Below are positions 60,582-64,000 of a stretch of 64,000 bases of DNA, piece after piece. This stretch comes from a candidate division WOR-3 bacterium (GTDB lineage: Bacteria; Hydrothermota; Hydrothermia; WGAB01): assembly GCA_015490555.1 (NCBI GenBank), contig WFXO01000029.1, forward strand, positions 2,024 through 66,023, written 5' to 3'. Both the position numbers and the translations under genes were made by a program. Below the pieces are notes generated by a model. It was not told the origin of the DNA, made no database searches, and worked only from the letters and a program-made list of their open reading frames with translations. The number at the start of each line of letters is the position of its first letter. Position 1 is the stretch's first letter.

Positions 60582-63527
60582 TTACTCCTTCAGTTCCTTC
60601 CAGTAAATCATCTTAGTAATCGGAAGTTCTCCGGGTAACTTCTTGTTGATAATCTGGCCGGTAGAAGTCGAAGCGGTGAGTACTGCTGTGGGGCTCTGCT
60701 GGCTGACCGAGATTTGAGGCTCTGTCGGCAGTCCCTGTCCGATGACATCCTCTGAGATCTTCTGGCCGGTCAAGTAGTTCAAGGAGTACAGGCGAGCCAC
60801 ACCCTTCGCTTCGCATGCATTCCCAGAAGAGGTCGGCTGGTACGTTGTGAAGTATACCGTACCCGCAAACACATCGGCTTCCGCGACAACTTTTTCGCCA
60901 TTCTTCCCGCCCGTACCCAGTCGGAAATACCACCCTTTAGAAGTTCCACTTCCGCCATGCGTAACATCTCCCAGGTCTGACTCTGTGTAGGGGGTCGTCT
61001 GTCCATCATCCACCACGCAGTAGAACACACCGCTGGACGTGGTATCCTGCACGTTGGCTCGATCTCCGGTTCCGAAGAAGATCCGAAGTTTTTGATCCGG
61101 ATCGAGGGCGACCGTGGGCCGGACGTAAATGGGTTGTGCTTCTTTGGATTGGAAAATCGGGGTGGCTTGCCAGTTTGCCGTATTCGGATCCGAAACGTCG
61201 ATCCTCCAGAGACGCCCCTTGAGATCACCGACGTAGAACCGATCCACGTAGCCGTCCCCATTCAAATCCACTGCAGCCGGGGAACCTGGGATCGGCGCAT
61301 CCATTTTTTCTGAATTGATTTTGCCGTCGTTATAGGAGATCTTCCAGATCAATTCGCCGGTCGCGACATTCACAATGTAGAATCCACGGCCCTTCACCTC
61401 TACCGGACTGCCCTCATGTTCCTCTTCCCCGCGCTCTCCACCTTCATGTTCTTCCTCTTCCTCTCCGTGACGTTCGTGCTCCTCTTCCTCCTCTTCTTCC
61501 TCTTCATGTCTCTCACCATGTCCATGTCTACCTTCTTCACCGTGTCTACGCTGCTCTTCCTCACCCTCTTCTTCCTCTTTTTGTTCCTTCTCGCGCTCCT
61601 CTCCACTGGTATTTCCGTAGGGAGAGTATCCTTCCACGGTTCCACCACCAAAAGCAGCAATCCACGTCTCACCAAAAATTCCAGTAGAGCCCACTTGCAA
61701 CCGTCCGATGAATGGTTTCGACCATGTCTCACCGATTTCCGAATGCGTGAAGGACCAGAGGTATTTCGGCTGTAATGTATTGGTGATATCAAGAGCGAAA
61801 TAGGTGTTGCCACCTTGACGTTCGCCACAGACAAGAATGGTGTGCCACTCTTCTGCCTCTTTTGTAGAATCTGCAGGTCCTGATGGGATCCATACATCAC
61901 TCACGGAGGGTGAACCATCGACCATGTATTCGTGCTGATACAAGAGGTTCTTTAATTTGGGCAGAAGATTCGGGGGGATAAAAGCCCAGAGTTCTTCACC
62001 AGTTCCGGAAGTAAAACTATCCGCAAACTGGTCGTAGAAGCCGGCATCAAAGGCATGGAGCATCCCGTCGTTAGCCCCCACAACCACAATCCGGTGTCTA
62101 TTCAAATGCTGCTGTCGGAACTCGCGATACCCTTGGTCGTGGAAATAGGGAGTCGGACGACCGACGACTACTGCCTCTGAATGGAAGATATCCCCTAACT
62201 TCCAATCGTAACCGTTGTCTCCACGGATGTAATTGATCACCACATCCACGCTATCTGGGCTCACACCCAGGACGGTATGTGGGACATTCCAGGTCGTAAA
62301 GGGTACTTGTCGTCCATTCACTACAGTGTAAATCTCACGAGAACCCGGCGATTTGATTTTCAACATTTCTCCGGCGTCCCAGATCGGCGTGGCTGTGGGG
62401 AACCCGGTTTCTTCATCAATGGGAATCGTCCCGTCGGGTTGCAACTGGTAGCACTTGAAATGCCCCTTCCAGAAGGGCCCATCTCCAGGAACAAACGAAG
62501 CAAAGTAGAGTTTATCTTGATATTTGGAAGAGATCGACGGGACTTCTGGAGAAGAGAAACTCATCGATTGCTGAACGATAATCGAGAAAATCTGCTTGAG
62601 GACTTGTGTGATCTCATCGGGGTTAGTGGCTGGATAGTAATGTCCGGTACCACCGAGCTCGGCAAATTCCTGCAACTGTTGTGATCCCGTGAGTCCTACA
62701 CCAACCACAAAGGTTTTGACATCGAAGGTATCTCCTTCCACAACTAAACGGCGAAGGCGTTGAATTTCTTCCCAAGGACTGTGACGGTTGTAATAAGGAT
62801 AGCCTGTCTCCTCACCATCTGTTAGCAGGAGGATGAAGTTCTTTCTGCATTTCCGGTCTGGATCATTGGGAAGAACTTCTCTCTCTAAATATTTTCGGAT
62901 CCAGTAAAGGGTACCTCCAATCGGAGTTCCTCCATCTGCCCTTAATTCCTTATCCTGAATCATTGGGTACTGATTGATATTGTCGATCCACTCCAAGAGA
63001 TCTTGCTTGTGTTCGGGGGTATCCGGTCCTAAAGGTACACGAACAACTTGGATATTCGGGTTTGAAACGGGATATTTTTTCGGCCAGTACTCGCCATGCC
63101 AACGAATGAATCTTCGATTCCATATGTTGTAGGGCCAATTACGATACCACCATGCTCTGTACCACTGGTGTTTTTGACCATAGGTAAAGAGCCCAAATCG
63201 GATGCTGCTTGTATTTCGGATGATATATCGGAGCGCGCTTTTCAGATTGTACATCCGGGAATCGTTGGGTTCTCCATCGCCGTTGGTATCTCTGCCCGGG
63301 TAATCCTCTGACCCGTCGCCCCATGTATAGACATGTTCGCTATGCCAGATATCAAAGGTCATGCTTCCGGAAGTGTCAAAAATAATCAGAACATTCGGAT
63401 CGACTTTAGCCGTGAACAGATCGGTATCATCTGCGATGATTGGGGCCACGGGCCACAAAAGGATCCCTCCTATTAATAATGGCACCAAAAGTTCGAAGGG
63501 TCTACGAATCCTCATCATGGCTCTCAC
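60582..63527 (-). CDS. PilY1/PilC-like type IV pilus tip-adhesin homologue (N-terminal vWA domain, C-terminal Ca-binding beta-propeller) with internal Glu/His-rich insert
   Basis: 981 aa. Signal peptide. vWA MIDAS VLIIFDTSGSM ... LLLTDGEET. C-terminal propeller with DLNGDGYVDRFYVGDLKGRLWRIDV, a PilY1-type D-x-N-x-D-G...D calcium loop followed by GD..G.LWR. A low-complexity E/H/G/R segment falls between propeller blades. Confidence 0.7.
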   Translation of the reverse strand: MRAMMRIRRPFELLVPLLIGGILLWPVAPIIADDTDLFTAKVDPNVLIIFDTSGSMTFDIWHSEHVYTWGDGSEDYPGRDTNGDGEPNDSRMYNLKSALRYIIRNTSSIRFGLFTYGQKHQWYRAWWYRNWPYNIWNRRFIRWHGEYWPKKYPVSNPNIQVVRVPLGPDTPEHKQDLLEWIDNINQYPMIQDKELRADGGTPIGGTLYWIRKYLEREVLPNDPDRKCRKNFILLLTDGEETGYPYYNRHSPWEEIQRLRRLVVEGDTFDVKTFVVGVGLTGSQQLQEFAELGGTGHYYPATNPDEITQVLKQIFSIIVQQSMSFSSPEVPSISSKYQDKLYFASFVPGDGPFWKGHFKCYQLQPDGTIPIDEETGFPTATPIWDAGEMLKIKSPGSREIYTVVNGRQVPFTTWNVPHTVLGVSPDSVDVVINYIRGDNGYDWKLGDIFHSEAVVVGRPTPYFHDQGYREFRQQHLNRHRIVVVGANDGMLHAFDAGFYDQFADSFTSGTGEELWAFIPPNLLPKLKNLLYQHEYMVDGSPSVSDVWIPSGPADSTKEAEEWHTILVCGERQGGNTYFALDITNTLQPKYLWSFTHSEIGETWSKPFIGRLQVGSTGIFGETWIAAFGGGTVEGYSPYGNTSGEEREKEQKEEEEGEEEQRRHGEEGRHGHGERHEEEEEEEEEHERHGEEEEEHEGGERGEEEHEGSPVEVKGRGFYIVNVATGELIWKISYNDGKINSEKMDAPIPGSPAAVDLNGDGYVDRFYVGDLKGRLWRIDVSDPNTANWQATPIFQSKEAQPIYVRPTVALDPDQKLRIFFGTGDRANVQDTTSSGVFYCVVDDGQTTPYTESDLGDVTHGGSGTSKGWYFRLGTGGKNGEKVVAEADVFAGTVYFTTYQPTSSGNACEAKGVARLYSLNYLTGQKISEDVIGQGLPTEPQISVSQQSPTAVLTASTSTGQIINKKLPGELPITKMIYWKELKE

Positions 63528-64000
63528 CTCGTGATTCCCAAACGTTGTTGTAAGACATCTGAAGCCCTCTGAGGACTTTTGAGGGTGGAAGGTTCAAACA
63601 CGGAGGAAGAAAACTCGGCTTGGGAAACCCCTGTAATTTTCAAAACAGAGACAGGTTGATCTTCGAGATACGTTTCAATCTGCATTGGAATCCATCCTAA
63701 GCCCTCAACGCGTCGATATTCGCGTATTACAACATGTTCGCCATTACTTCGGAATATCTCTACAGGAAGACCCATTGTATTCCAGATCACCGAATCTCGA
63801 GGGCTGGTTGCTCGAATGCCCAAGAAGTCGAGAATCGAACGTGGTGAATGTCCTATTTGTTCTACAGGGGAGTCCTCTCCTGGAGAGACCAAAATTACTT
63901 TACCATCTTTCACTAAAAGGATCTCTTGAAGACCTTCTCCGAGATCCGTCACCATTTTCCAGTTATTGCCCAGTTTGTAAAGGGTTCCAGAGAAAGTCTG
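63524..64000 (-). CDS. Hypothetical protein, 5' end beyond window (frame open to position 64000)
   Basis: The reading frame continues upstream of the track's Met at 63955 (…QTFSGTLYKLGNNWKMVTDLGEG…). Stop overlaps the PilY1-like start (ATGA), which suggests a shared operon. No confident family. A LolA-like or minor-pilin-associated fold cannot be judged. Confidence 0.35.
   Translation of the reverse strand, partial: QTFSGTLYKLGNNWKMVTDLGEGLQEILLVKDGKVILVSPGEDSPVEQIGHSPRSILDFLGIRATSPRDSVIWNTMGLPVEIFRSNGEHVVIREYRRVEGLGWIPMQIETYLEDQPVSVLKITGVSQAEFSSSVFEPSTLKSPQRASDVLQQRLGITR

Noticed and set aside
61411-61605. The CTCTTCCTC-type simple-sequence DNA might be an intergenic microsatellite splitting two genes
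   Set aside because: The reading frame stays open across it. Both flanks encode contiguous PilY1-type propeller sequence. It is therefore a coding low-complexity insert. Its length is still worth verifying at read level.

Overview
This is a GC-rich (roughly 58-60%) bacterial chromosomal segment that is densely coding, with many 4-nt ATGA/TGATG start-stop overlaps indicating tight operons. Most of it is housekeeping, but there are several unusual islands.

Housekeeping genes I can support: a nuoH-J-K-L-M-N complex I membrane-arm operon, tkt, lepA, metK, gltX, dxs, pyrB/pyrC, truA, rpmA, tatA, pilT, maf, tRNA-Ala(GGC) and tRNA-Pro(TGG).

The unusual features, in order of interest:
- (i) A divergently organised exopolysaccharide-type locus at 40.2-46.8 kb. 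It combines a TPR/beta-barrel protein, an ATP-grasp enzyme, a TPR-transmembrane-LmbE(PIG-L) deacetylase fusion, and a membrane GT2 processive synthase carrying a large uncharacterised C-terminal domain. The logic is PNAG/Pel-like but the enzyme families are non-canonical.
- (ii) The nuo operon lacks nuoI and ends with a translationally coupled PyrK-like FAD/[2Fe-2S] flavoprotein.
- (iii) An operon-like run of methylmalonyl-CoA epimerase, a B12-domain-less mutase catalytic subunit, an archaeal-type SAM synthetase and a MidA/NDUFAF7-type methyltransferase. A bacterial-type metK sits 5 kb away.
- (iv) A PilY1-like pilus tip adhesin with a ~65-aa Glu/His-rich insert.
- (v) An orphan V-type ATPase D subunit, a McsA/McsB pair, and a THEP1 NTPase, a DUF123 Uri-type endonuclease and a NadX gene. 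Together these give the window a marked archaeal/thermophile flavour.
- (vi) REP-like tandem palindromes at 8.0-8.2 kb.

The long antisense ORFs in the track are GC-driven artefacts. Coordinates for RNA genes and motifs were counted by hand from the sequence lines. Coding calls rest on recognisable motifs in the supplied translations. No database searches were run.
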